IMG/VR virus record: IMGVR_UViG_3300003891_000003
Span: 1 to 35,062 of that record
Strand: one strand, 5' to 3'
Length of the DNA: 35,062 nucleotides
Source: a virus
Taxonomy: Duplodnaviria; Caudoviricetes
Position numbers and translations under genes: made by a program. A model generated the notes under the pieces. The model saw only the letters and a program-made list of their open reading frames with translations, was not told the DNA's origin and ran no database searches. Numbering within the stretch: the stretch's first letter is position 1; the number at the start of each line of letters is the position of its first letter. Below, one piece after another: positions 1 through 8,524 of the stretch.

Positions 1-2
1 CA

Positions 3-125
3 ACGTGGAACGCGCCCGATGAATGGTGGGAGACGTATGGGCGTGCTGCGGAAGCGCACGGGCTGAAGTGGGGCGGTCGTTGGAAAATGCGAGACATGCC
101 GCACGTGCAGTATGAAGGTGAGTAG
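3..125 (+). CDS. 3' fragment of M15 endolysin (partial, window edge)
   Basis: Translates TWNAPDEWWETYGRAAEAHGLKWGGRWKMRDMPHVQYEGE*, matching the C-terminus of 32664-33140. Confidence 0.9.
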   Translation, partial: TWNAPDEWWETYGRAAEAHGLKWGGRWKMRDMPHVQYEGE

Positions 126-127
126 CG

Positions 128-1186
128 ATGAGTATATATTACCGGGATGGCATGGCGTTCGGATATGCATTGCCGTTGTATATTGGTTCCATCTCGGTCT
201 GGACGGCTAACGCTGCCGAGAGCCGACTGGCCATGCGGTTTGTGGCACGTCATTCGGGTGCACCGGCCGGCATTGCATTGCGAATAGGTTCGGTAAACGG
301 GTCGCCACAACAGCAGGATGTAAAGGTGTCGCTGTGGAGTACCGCCGCGAACGGCCAGCCCGGCACGATGCTGGAAGAACGCGACAACGGCTCGGCTGCT
401 GCGCTATCTTCGAATTCGCGGCTGGTAGTTACCGGCTGGACTACCGGCTTGACTGCCGGGCAAGAATACTGCATAGTAGTGCGGAATGCCAATGGCTCGC
501 CGACCACAAATTATTTCGCGGTATCTTACGGTGCTGAGACCACCACCATAGCAGGATACAGTACTTCGCCCCCACGCGGGTCTTACACCAGTACCGACAG
601 TGGGAGCACGTGGAGCGTACAGGGTAACCAACGCGGTAATTGTCAGATAATCTACAACACAGGTAGCGGCGATTTCACGTACGACTGGTTGATAACAAGT
701 ACCAACTCTCAAGTCGGTCTCAACAATAACCCGTGCGGTGTTCGTTTCACTACGCCGAGCGGTGTGAACTTGCGGGTTATCGGCGTCCAGTTTGGATGGA
801 TAACAGCGACGTCTAACAGTTCGTGGGCGATACGGATAAAACAAGCCGGCAACACGGTAGCGACCACGTTGGCCATCTCTCGTGACATTGGCGGCCATAG
901 CTTCTTGCCGCTTCCCGATGTGGTCACCTTGCAGGACAATACGCAAACCGATGTGGAAGCGTTTCTCACGAGTGGCACGGCAGGGAACCTTGTCTACATT
1001 GGGGTAGATACCACGCTAACGCCTATCGCATTCCCGTTCCAATATATTGAGAACGGCACCGTCGTATCGGGTAGGTTTCCGGGCGTGATGAAACTCATCT
1101 TAGCCCCCAGCCAACCGTTTGAGGTAGCAGGCAGTGGCGGTCAACCGGTTATACTGCCGGTGCCGTTAGTGCAAACAATGATGTAA
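128..1186 (+). CDS. Variable beta-rich virion/receptor-binding-like protein, allele A
   Basis: 352 aa, S/T/G/N-rich, Asp-box-like STDSGSTW. C-terminal GSGGQPVILPVPLVQTMM is shared with 33143-34249. Function inferred. Confidence 0.7.
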   Translation: MSIYYRDGMAFGYALPLYIGSISVWTANAAESRLAMRFVARHSGAPAGIALRIGSVNGSPQQQDVKVSLWSTAANGQPGTMLEERDNGSAAALSSNSRLVVTGWTTGLTAGQEYCIVVRNANGSPTTNYFAVSYGAETTTIAGYSTSPPRGSYTSTDSGSTWSVQGNQRGNCQIIYNTGSGDFTYDWLITSTNSQVGLNNNPCGVRFTTPSGVNLRVIGVQFGWITATSNSSWAIRIKQAGNTVATTLAISRDIGGHSFLPLPDVVTLQDNTQTDVEAFLTSGTAGNLVYIGVDTTLTPIAFPFQYIENGTVVSGRFPGVMKLILAPSQPFEVAGSGGQPVILPVPLVQTMM

Positions 1187-1199
1187 GGAGGTAGGAACG

Positions 1200-1580
1200 A
1201 TGGCATTACCGATGAGCAACTCGGAACTGGACATCGCCCTGCGCGAGCGATGGGAACAGGTGTACCACAATCTGCACGATCTGGTGATGTTGTATAACGC
1301 CTATCTGCCCATCAGCGCAACAGAGATGTTTCTCAGCGAGTACACGCTTCCCGAAGGCTACACCATCAGCGCAGATGGGACGCAGGTGCTGGATGCCAGC
1401 GGGCAGCCGGATGCTGCGCTAACGGCGGCACTGTACCGGTGCAACCTGCGCAAGAGCGCACTCACCGCAGCACGCGCACTGCAGGCGATGCTGACCAACG
1501 ATAACCTGCAAGGGCTGGGCGCCGACCACAACTTCTTCGTGAAGCAGTTCATGCGCTGGCGATTCCGGTTCTTCGGATAG
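1200..1580 (+). CDS. Conserved hypothetical protein (copy A), possible chaperone/adaptor of the upstream variable protein
   Basis: AGGAGG RBS; 126 aa differing at 10 positions from 34262-34642. Confidence 0.8.
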   Translation: MALPMSNSELDIALRERWEQVYHNLHDLVMLYNAYLPISATEMFLSEYTLPEGYTISADGTQVLDASGQPDAALTAALYRCNLRKSALTAARALQAMLTNDNLQGLGADHNFFVKQFMRWRFRFFG

Positions 1581-1592
1581 GGGTGATGCATC

Positions 1593-2657
1593 ATGGCGGT
1601 ACTGCGTGGAGTGCAGTACGAGGCCAGCTTCTGGCTCTTGGACGGCAACGGCAACCCGGTGAGCGGGCAGGCGAGCAATTTAACGGCGTACGTGCGCCAG
1701 TACGGCAGCAATGCCTACAGCACGGGTGCTGGCTCCATCTACGAGGTGACCATCGGTGGCAGCGGCACGGGCGAATACCTGTATGTGCCCACTGCCACGG
1801 AGATGAACACGCGCGTGCTGACCGTGCGGCTGACTCACGCCACTTACAAGGTGTATCCGTTCTGCGCACAGATCTGGACGGAGGACGGCTACGTTTCCAG
1901 CATTAAAGCCAAGACGGACAAATTAACGTTTGACGACATGAACAATGTTTACGCGTATACGACAGTGTTAGACAGCAATGCGGCTGTGACTATTTGGACG
2001 TACAGCACGCGCACGCTCACCGGCAACGTAACGGTTGGCGGGTATGCGAGTGGGCAGAACCCGGCAAACTACGTGCTCCTAACGCCTGCCAACAAGCTGG
2101 CAACCGATGCGAGCGGGCGTGTTACCGTTGGCTCCAACGCGGATAAGAGTGGCTACCAGGTCGGCAGTTACGCTACCGGTCAATCGCCGGCGGAGCAGGT
2201 GTTGGTAACACCGGGTAACAAACTCGCCACGGATGCTTCCGGGCGGGTGACGGTCGGCTCCAATGCGGACAAGTCCGGTTACACTCTTACTTCCGGCGAA
2301 CACACGCAGATTCAGTCGGACGTACAAAGTGGCATGTCGGCGCAGGGTTACACATCGGCGCGTGCGCCGGGACTGGATAATCTGGACGCGACGGTGAGTT
2401 CCCGTGCTGCGCCTGGCGCGGCGATGACGCTCACGAGCGGGGAGCGCAGCAATGTCGCTTCCGCCGTGTGGGGATTCGTACTGGAATCTGCCAAATCTGC
2501 CGCCGAGTTCATGCGCCTCATGCTGGCGGTACTGGCGGGCAAGCGCACGGTGGACGGCAACACTGAGACCTACTACGGATTGGATGGCACGACTGCTCGC
2601 GTGGTGGGTAGCGTGGACGGGCAGGGCAATCGGAACATCACCACGAGGAACCCGTGA
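1593..2657 (+). CDS. Putative virion fibre/structural protein with internal 42-aa repeat
   Basis: 354 aa, G/S/T/A-rich; NKLATDASGRVTVGSNADKSGY occurs twice; 5' part is duplicated at 34655-35062. Confidence 0.75.
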   Translation: MAVLRGVQYEASFWLLDGNGNPVSGQASNLTAYVRQYGSNAYSTGAGSIYEVTIGGSGTGEYLYVPTATEMNTRVLTVRLTHATYKVYPFCAQIWTEDGYVSSIKAKTDKLTFDDMNNVYAYTTVLDSNAAVTIWTYSTRTLTGNVTVGGYASGQNPANYVLLTPANKLATDASGRVTVGSNADKSGYQVGSYATGQSPAEQVLVTPGNKLATDASGRVTVGSNADKSGYTLTSGEHTQIQSDVQSGMSAQGYTSARAPGLDNLDATVSSRAAPGAAMTLTSGERSNVASAVWGFVLESAKSAAEFMRLMLAVLAGKRTVDGNTETYYGLDGTTARVVGSVDGQGNRNITTRNP

Positions 2658-2833
2658 TGAATGGCTGGACTGGCAGATGGGTTACCCAGAACTGGGCGTG
2701 GCGGTGGTGGCTGTCCGCCTTCGCTCCTGTCCGGGAGATTGGAAGGCTGGTAGCATCGGTCGCCCGGCTCACGTGGCGTGCAGCTGTCACCCGGCTGATA
2801 TGGCAAGGGGAGGTGAGAAAGCTCGGTGATTGA
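2657..2833 (+). CDS. Small Trp-rich protein (58 aa), absent from the ORF track
   Basis: TGATG overlap with the upstream stop. Translates MNGWTGRWVTQNWAWRWWLSAFAPVREIGRLVASVARLTWRAAVTRLIWQGEVRKLGD*. Its stop overlaps the 5' end of the next gene. Confidence 0.65.
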   Translation: MNGWTGRWVTQNWAWRWWLSAFAPVREIGRLVASVARLTWRAAVTRLIWQGEVRKLGD

Positions 2834-3176
2834 CATCATACGCGGCGATACGTGCTACCTCATCTTCAGCATTCACACAGCACTGGATGCCGACGGGAAC
2901 CCTCTTTCCGACCTGTCGGGCATCGCCTTTCGTTTGCAGGCGCGACTGGATGCTGACGCCGACAGCACTGTCTTCGAGAAATCCACAGCATCGGGCAGTA
3001 TCTCGGTGAGCGGCATGAGTGTGCGAGTGCGAATCGATGGGAGCGACACCAGCGCACTTGTGCCGGGCACTATCCTGCTGGCAGACTTGCAGGCAGAGAC
3101 CGGCGGGCGAGTGTTCACAGTGGACACTGGCGAACAACCACTGCGGTTGCGAGTGGTGGCAGATGTCACTCGCTAG
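2826..3176 (+). CDS. BppU-N-like Ig-fold structural/adaptor protein
   Basis: GGGAGG RBS; N-terminal IIRGDT and C-terminal VVADVTR typical of this phage family (recognised by eye). Confidence 0.6.
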   Translation: MIDIIRGDTCYLIFSIHTALDADGNPLSDLSGIAFRLQARLDADADSTVFEKSTASGSISVSGMSVRVRIDGSDTSALVPGTILLADLQAETGGRVFTVDTGEQPLRLRVVADVTR

Positions 3177-3207
3177 TGGTCAAACATGAAAATTGGGGGA
3201 ATAAGTC

Positions 3208-4329
3208 ATGGCATGGTGGGATAGATTTCGAGTGTTGTTCCAGCGTGAGAAGGTGCAGCCTGGGCAGACACTGCGTGTAGCCCCGCAGCAGCGAGCCGGT
3301 TGGGGTAACACCACAGACGACCGCCTTCTCAATGACGGTACGCTCTACATGATAAGCAATTTGGTAGAGCAGGTTTGTCTTGGTGCTGGGTGGCGGTTCA
3401 CTGGGGCTGATGCTGAAAGAGAGGATGTCCGGGCAGTTTGCGATGCTATCTCCGAAGCAGAAGGTTTTCACGACATGATTCGCCATTGTTTGCGAGCGAT
3501 GTTTGCTCGCTATGCTGTTTCAGAGATTGTATGGCAGTCCACAAATGGTTTGTGGCTTCCTCTGCGGTTCCGTACCATTCCACGACGTTCCGTTGCATTG
3601 GGCATCAGTGATGATGGTGAAGTTTCCCGAATTGAGGTGAGTACGACAGCCGGACTGCAAGAGTTGCCGTTGCTCCATGCCGTGGTGTATCGTTTCAACC
3701 CTACACTTGCTAATCCACTCGGTTCCAGTCTGCTCGATGGTTTGCGGGAAGACATTGAGTACAAGCGCAAGCTAGATGATGTGGTAGTACGAAGTGCCGA
3801 AAGGTTCGGTGCACCGACAGTCGCACTACGGTATCCGCCGGGTACAGACCAATCTCAGGTAGATGAATTGCTTCGGCAGGGCACGAGGTTGCAGAGTGCG
3901 TCGGTAGCAGTCTTGCCGGATGGCGTCGCTGTAGATTTCTTGGAGCCGCGTGGGCAGATGAGTGTGCTGTCGCTAGACACACTGCGCTACTTTGAGCGTC
4001 GCATTGCACGAGCCATATTGGGCAGTGTGTTAGGCATGTTTGAAGCAGAGTTTGGGACTCGGGCACAGGCTAGCACCCATTGGGAGGTCACCCGGTATGT
4101 TATCCGGTCGTACCAGTCAGGGATTGAGCAGGCGATTACGGAGCAGGTGGTTCGTCGGACGTTGCAGTTAAACGGTTTGCCGAGTGAGGTGCAATTCTTC
4201 CTCAATGAGCCAGAGATTGTGGACAAAGAGGCTATGGCTCGGTGGATTGCAGATTTAGCACAGGCAGGGATTATCGATGTGGACGAAGACAGGGACAGAA
4301 TCCGACAGCTTTTTGGTTTGGAAGGCTAA
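3208..4329 (+). CDS. Portal protein, Mu gp29/DUF935-like
   Basis: YAVSEIVW, NPLGSSLL, AERFGAP, IARAILG motifs; directly upstream of the gpF-like gene. Confidence 0.85.
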   Translation: MAWWDRFRVLFQREKVQPGQTLRVAPQQRAGWGNTTDDRLLNDGTLYMISNLVEQVCLGAGWRFTGADAEREDVRAVCDAISEAEGFHDMIRHCLRAMFARYAVSEIVWQSTNGLWLPLRFRTIPRRSVALGISDDGEVSRIEVSTTAGLQELPLLHAVVYRFNPTLANPLGSSLLDGLREDIEYKRKLDDVVVRSAERFGAPTVALRYPPGTDQSQVDELLRQGTRLQSASVAVLPDGVAVDFLEPRGQMSVLSLDTLRYFERRIARAILGSVLGMFEAEFGTRAQASTHWEVTRYVIRSYQSGIEQAITEQVVRRTLQLNGLPSEVQFFLNEPEIVDKEAMARWIADLAQAGIIDVDEDRDRIRQLFGLEG

Positions 4330-4357
4330 GCGTCCTACAGTATCCCGCAATGGTGTA

Positions 4358-5200
4358 ATGGTAGATGCTGTCAAGTCACTGCGTCGGTACGAGTTACAGG
4401 TTGTACGTGAGTTCGTGGCGGTCTATCGTCGTTTTATTCGCGAACTCTTACAAGATTTGGAGGCAATAGAAGTAGAAGATGTCAAGAGCTTAGTCATGGC
4501 GCGTGTCTCGCGGCAGGTGACTGAATTACACTCGGTGTTGGCGCAGGTTCTGCAAGGTATTGCCAAAGAAGTGATGTCGGTGGGTATGTCTGCTGCCGAC
4601 AAGCTGTTGGGGTCGACGTCACAGTTTGCAGATACTAGGCTGGACATACCGCCTGAATGGTATGAATGGTATAGGCTTACTGTGGAGCAAGCTTTGTACC
4701 GCTACACGCAGGAAGACATAGCCCGCATTGCATCTATTGTATCCGAGGGTGTGAAGGAAGGGAAGAGTGTAGGAGAGATAACAGACACTATTCAGAAGAT
4801 AGTATTACAGTCCCAGTATTGGCGTGCGGAACGGGTTGCGAGGACAGAGGTGCTTCGGCTGTTCAATCTGGGCTATGTCGGGGTGTTGGTGAATGAGCCT
4901 GTTATTGTAGGCTTTGAGTATTCGGTTGTGTTGGATGCCCGGACGTCTACAATTTGTCGCCCTCTAGCCGGTAGAGTGGTAAGGAAGTCCGAGCTTACTC
5001 GGGTTCCACCACTTCATCCGAACTGTCGTACAGTTTTGCTACCTGTGTTCAGTGGAGAAGAGGGAAACTACTCTGATGAGCGCGGGGAATGGGTGAGCCG
5101 AAGCGAATTAGAGGCTTTGGCTAAGCAGTTCGGTATAATTCCTGCTGTTGTGTTGCAGGCATGGCAGAGGTATGTGCCCAGAGCAATTCCTACTGTCTAG
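4358..5200 (+). CDS. Head morphogenesis protein, Mu gpF/SPP1 gp7 family (start uncertain; ORF open from 4277)
   Basis: RAERVARTE, DARTSTIC and PPLHPNCRT motifs. Confidence 0.88.
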   Translation: MVDAVKSLRRYELQVVREFVAVYRRFIRELLQDLEAIEVEDVKSLVMARVSRQVTELHSVLAQVLQGIAKEVMSVGMSAADKLLGSTSQFADTRLDIPPEWYEWYRLTVEQALYRYTQEDIARIASIVSEGVKEGKSVGEITDTIQKIVLQSQYWRAERVARTEVLRLFNLGYVGVLVNEPVIVGFEYSVVLDARTSTICRPLAGRVVRKSELTRVPPLHPNCRTVLLPVFSGEEGNYSDERGEWVSRSELEALAKQFGIIPAVVLQAWQRYVPRAIPTV

Positions 5201-5567
5201 TTTGGTCGGCTTTGTATTCTGCAATGACAGTAGAGTGTAGCCCACCACGCGTGGTGAACTGTCCTATGACTGACATGTAGCGAGGCTTGCACACTTGGAC
5301 AAGGTCATCCAGAATACGGTTGACCAATTGTTCGTAGAAAGCTCCATAGTTGCGGTAGGCGAGATAGTAGTATTTGAGTGATTTCAGTTCTACACATAGT
5401 CTGTCTGGTATGTAGCGTACGGTGATGGTAGCGAAATCTGGTAGTCCGGTCTTTGGGCACAGGGACGTGAACTCCGGCTGAACGTGTTCAATGGTGTAAT
5501 CCCGGCCGGGGTAAGGATTCGCAAAGACCTCCAGTATTGAAGGGGACGGTTCACTCAGGTTGACCAT
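5190..5567 (-). CDS. queF: NADPH-dependent preQ0 reductase QueF (short type I)
   Basis: EFTSLCPKTGLPDF (catalytic Cys/Asp), QueF motif ELKSLKYY, C-terminal RGG; GGAGGG RBS. Confidence 0.93.
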   Translation of the reverse strand: MVNLSEPSPSILEVFANPYPGRDYTIEHVQPEFTSLCPKTGLPDFATITVRYIPDRLCVELKSLKYYYLAYRNYGAFYEQLVNRILDDLVQVCKPRYMSVIGQFTTRGGLHSTVIAEYKADQTRQ

Positions 5568-5632
5568 AGACTATCCCTCCGATTTTTTTCTTCACATCCA
5601 GCAGAAAAAGCATGTTGTGATTTTCCGCAAAT

Positions 5633-5662
5633 AGCATACCAGAATTGCCATCTAAATAGCAA
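5633..5662 (-). promoter_or_regulatory. Putative sigma70-type promoter for queF
   Basis: Minus strand TTGCTA-N18-TATGCT with extended -10 TGn. Confidence 0.4.
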
Positions 5663-5715
5663 GTGGAATGCAATTAGGAGACGGTTCGCAGGTGTTTGCT
5701 GCAAAACTTCGGGTG

Positions 5716-5744
5716 TTGACTATTCCCACACACTAGTGTATGCT
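5716..5744 (+). promoter_or_regulatory. Putative sigma70-type promoter for the head-tail operon
   Basis: TTGACT-N17-TATGCT in an intergenic gap. Confidence 0.6.
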
Positions 5745-5770
5745 TTAGGTGGAAGCATCTCAGGTGGGGC

Positions 5771-6007
5771 ATGAAAGGGAAGACAACCGTGGATAGACAG
5801 CCGGAGATTCACCGTCTGATGGTGTATGTGGCGACACTTGTGCTAGTATTAGCGTTGGTGGCATACCTCTATCATCCAGGCGATGATGTATTAGTGACTG
5901 TGATTGCCACTGCGCTCGGCTTCTTGTTTGGGAAAGCCACCAACGGTATTGGGGGTAACAAAGCCACACTGAGAAGGAGTGTGAGTAGACATGGCAAGGA
6001 AGACTGA
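5771..6007 (+). CDS. Small two-TM membrane protein, holin-like
   Basis: 78 aa with two hydrophobic stretches and a basic C-terminus. Confidence 0.55.
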   Translation: MKGKTTVDRQPEIHRLMVYVATLVLVLALVAYLYHPGDDVLVTVIATALGFLFGKATNGIGGNKATLRRSVSRHGKED

Positions 6008-7169
6008 GGATGGCAAGGAGTATCCGGCAGAAGCATACCTCTATGTACCAGACCCAGACAAACCAAGCACTTGGAAACTGCGCATCTGGGAAGACCCAGA
6101 GCAGAAAATCACGGTTGCCCAGCTGGGGCGAGCAGCTGCTGCACTTGGCCCTGGCTTTCGGGGTAACCGTGTAGACTTAGACCCGGAAGACCGACGTGCC
6201 GCTGCCCGCAAGCTTATTCGTCTGTATCGGGAACAGGGTGTGGAGGACGAAGACATTCCCCCTTACCTTTGGGAGATTGCCGGGATGCGCAAGCCAGCGG
6301 CACAGATGCATGAAGATGAAGGTGACGATGTGGTAGAGCGAGAGGCGTTGGTATTTGAAGCAGGCGAATACCCCGACAAAGGACTAAAGGTAACAGAGAA
6401 GGACATAGAGCGATTAGCGAGAAATTCTGAGTCAGTGCCTATCTATGTGGAACATGCAGAATCCCCCGTACATCTCGGTTGGGTGAAGCAGTTTTTGGCA
6501 CGAGGAAGACAGCTGTGGGCGCGGCTAGCGTTACACCGTGAGGCAGATGCCTTGCTCCAAAAGCTTGGAGTAAATGGGTTGAGTGTGGCTGTTCCCCGGT
6601 CGCTAGACCGGGTGTTGGAGGTCTCTGTAACCGGTTCTCCGCGCCTGCCACAGGCACGACTGTTCAATGATACTGTTCTGGTGTTCTCCTTCGGGGAGAC
6701 ACCACCAACACTACCAACGAAGGAGGGACAACTGATGGAGCAAGAGCTGGAACAGCTCAAAGCGCAGGTGGAATCACTAATGCAGGAGCGAGAACAGTTC
6801 ACTGCAGCACTGGAAGCTGAGCGCAAGTACCGGGAACAGCTGGAATGCAAGCTGCAGGAGGAGCGAGCCAAAGCCAAAGTGGATGCACTCATCCACACCG
6901 GCAAGCTCCCACCTGCATTACGTGATTTTGCACTGGCACTCGGCACAGGCAGTCAGACCGTCCGCTTTGCTGAGGGGAAAGAACTTCCACTTTTTGACGC
7001 CTTCGTGGAAGTCTACTCGCAGATGCCACCACATACTGGGGCGAAGCTGACGGCAACAGCAGAAGATGAAGATGAAGAATTGAAGCGACGGTTTGCTGCT
7101 CTCAAGTTGAATGAGAAAGAGATTCCACTGGCGATTGCGGAATACAAGAAGCACATGGGGGTGAGCTAA
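5991..7169 (+). CDS. Mu gpI-like prohead protease/scaffold with an extra N-terminal domain
   Basis: PIYVEH..GWV and LEVSVTGSPRL protease-like motifs, coiled-coil C-terminus, position before decoration and capsid genes. Confidence 0.78.
   Translation: MARKTEDGKEYPAEAYLYVPDPDKPSTWKLRIWEDPEQKITVAQLGRAAAALGPGFRGNRVDLDPEDRRAAARKLIRLYREQGVEDEDIPPYLWEIAGMRKPAAQMHEDEGDDVVEREALVFEAGEYPDKGLKVTEKDIERLARNSESVPIYVEHAESPVHLGWVKQFLARGRQLWARLALHREADALLQKLGVNGLSVAVPRSLDRVLEVSVTGSPRLPQARLFNDTVLVFSFGETPPTLPTKEGQLMEQELEQLKAQVESLMQEREQFTAALEAERKYREQLECKLQEERAKAKVDALIHTGKLPPALRDFALALGTGSQTVRFAEGKELPLFDAFVEVYSQMPPHTGAKLTATAEDEDEELKRRFAALKLNEKEIPLAIAEYKKHMGVS
6735..7169 (+). CDS. Nested in-frame scaffold protein (Mu gpZ-like)
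   Basis: Internal AAGGAGGG RBS (6720-6727) before in-frame ATG 6735, where the coiled coil MEQELEQLKAQ begins. Confidence 0.6.
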   Translation: MEQELEQLKAQVESLMQEREQFTAALEAERKYREQLECKLQEERAKAKVDALIHTGKLPPALRDFALALGTGSQTVRFAEGKELPLFDAFVEVYSQMPPHTGAKLTATAEDEDEELKRRFAALKLNEKEIPLAIAEYKKHMGVS

Positions 7170-7589
7170 ATGGCACTAACTGGAGAATGGCGTGAGATTG
7201 ACTACAAAAAGCACTCTATCGCCAGCTACCCAGTTGCCGCGAACACCAGAATCTACAAAGGTGCGCTGGTGGTAGTCCGCAACACGGACGGCATGGCGTA
7301 CAACGCCCGCACCGGCAACAACTCTACCGACTTCTTTGTCGGCATCGCCATCGAAACTGTGGACAACACTGGTGGTGCAGCAGGAGCAAAACGAATCCGG
7401 GTCGCCAAAGAGGGGTCTGGTGTGTATACCGGTACGGGTTTTGCACAGACGAATGTGTCTGCCATTGCGTATGCTACGGATGAAAACACGGTGACCACCA
7501 CAGCCGGTACCAACGTTGCTGTGGGGCATATCGTGGAGGTACTGAGTTCCACGCGAGCGCGTGTGCGCATTGACAACCTAGTGAGGTGA
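7170..7589 (+). CDS. Capsid decoration/cement protein
   Basis: PVAANTRIYKGALV, FVGIAIETVDN, YATDENTV; lies between scaffold and major capsid genes. Confidence 0.75.
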   Translation: MALTGEWREIDYKKHSIASYPVAANTRIYKGALVVVRNTDGMAYNARTGNNSTDFFVGIAIETVDNTGGAAGAKRIRVAKEGSGVYTGTGFAQTNVSAIAYATDENTVTTTAGTNVAVGHIVEVLSSTRARVRIDNLVR

Positions 7590-7597
7590 GATAGACT

Positions 7598-8500
7598 ATG
7601 CCAGTAATCACGCGAGACCAGGTGACATTAGAAGCCGGCGTTTTGGGTGCGTTCAACCGAGCGTACATGGATGCAGAAGCTACAGCGATGGCGAACGTCA
7701 TCGCCACACGCATCGAGACTACGTTGCCGACTCAGAATTACGACTGGTGGGGACAGCTGCCGGCGCTGCGTGAGTGGACGGACGAACGAACTTTTCGGTC
7801 AATGACGCGATACCGCTACACCATCAGTGACCGCGTTTATGAGGCGTCCATTCAGGTTGAGCGTCGGGCATTAGAAGATGACCAGCTAGATGCCCTGTGG
7901 ACAAAGGTAAGAGACTTGGGACAGCAAGCGGTGCGGGACGTCGACCATATGCTGGTGGAGTTTCTTCTGGCTGGCTTCAACACTGTAGGGCCTGACGGGC
8001 AGTACTTCTTTGACACCGACCACGCGGAATCAGGTTCCACCCAGAGCAATGTCACGTCTGGCCCTCTGTCGGCATCGGCGTTGCGCACCGCGATTACCAC
8101 TATGATGAGTTTTAGGGGTGATGCCAATCGTCCTCTGGGTATCACACCGACGCACCTGCTAGTGGGGCCATCACAGTTTTTGACAGCGCGGGAGCTGGTA
8201 GAAAGCCCTGTGGTGGTAGCGACATCGGGCACAAACTACGCTAATGTGCTGGCTGGCATCGTACAAGTGCTGGTCACGCCGTACATTCCGGGCAACCAAT
8301 GGTTCCTGCTAGACCTGAGCCGACCGATTAAGCCTCTAATCCTACAGGTTCGCTCTGACGTACCTGATGAAGTGGTCATCCACAGCGACCCATCGAATAG
8401 CCCGATTGTCTTTATGCAAGACATCGTGGCGGTCGGTGTGCGTAAGCGATTCGGTATCGGCTACGGATTGTGGCAGCTGGCATACGGTAGCTCCGGCTAA
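7598..8500 (+). CDS. Major capsid protein, Mu gpT-like
   Basis: YDWWGQLPALREW, YEASIQVERRALEDD, DGQYFFDTDH, PTHLLVGP, GYGLWQLAYGS. Confidence 0.93.
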   Translation: MPVITRDQVTLEAGVLGAFNRAYMDAEATAMANVIATRIETTLPTQNYDWWGQLPALREWTDERTFRSMTRYRYTISDRVYEASIQVERRALEDDQLDALWTKVRDLGQQAVRDVDHMLVEFLLAGFNTVGPDGQYFFDTDHAESGSTQSNVTSGPLSASALRTAITTMMSFRGDANRPLGITPTHLLVGPSQFLTARELVESPVVVATSGTNYANVLAGIVQVLVTPYIPGNQWFLLDLSRPIKPLILQVRSDVPDEVVIHSDPSNSPIVFMQDIVAVGVRKRFGIGYGLWQLAYGSSG

Positions 8501-8524
8501 TCAGGCTAATCAGGGGGCAGGGCA

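Larger units (their letters stand above)
1..2000 (+). repeat. Left copy (allele A) of a diverged ~2 kb direct repeat
   Basis: 1-62 is identical to 33016-33077 and 1939-2000 is identical to 35001-35062. Flanking genes are near-identical and the central gene is highly diverged. Confidence 0.95.

Noticed and set aside
128-1186. Diversity-generating retroelement or invertible shufflon behind the two alleles
   Set aside because: No reverse transcriptase or recombinase, the copies are in direct orientation, and differences are not adenine-specific.
5575-5622. Possible preQ1-I riboswitch upstream of queF (TCACA...TGTGA stem followed by an A-rich tail and the RBS on the minus strand)
   Set aside because: The loop is too long and lacks the conserved preQ1-I loop nucleotides. 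An Infernal search would be needed; not supported by eye.
8495-8512. 9-bp tandem duplication GGCTAATCA at the capsid stop, as a possible insertion scar
   Set aside because: Too short, and no matching copy at the other end of the downstream gene.
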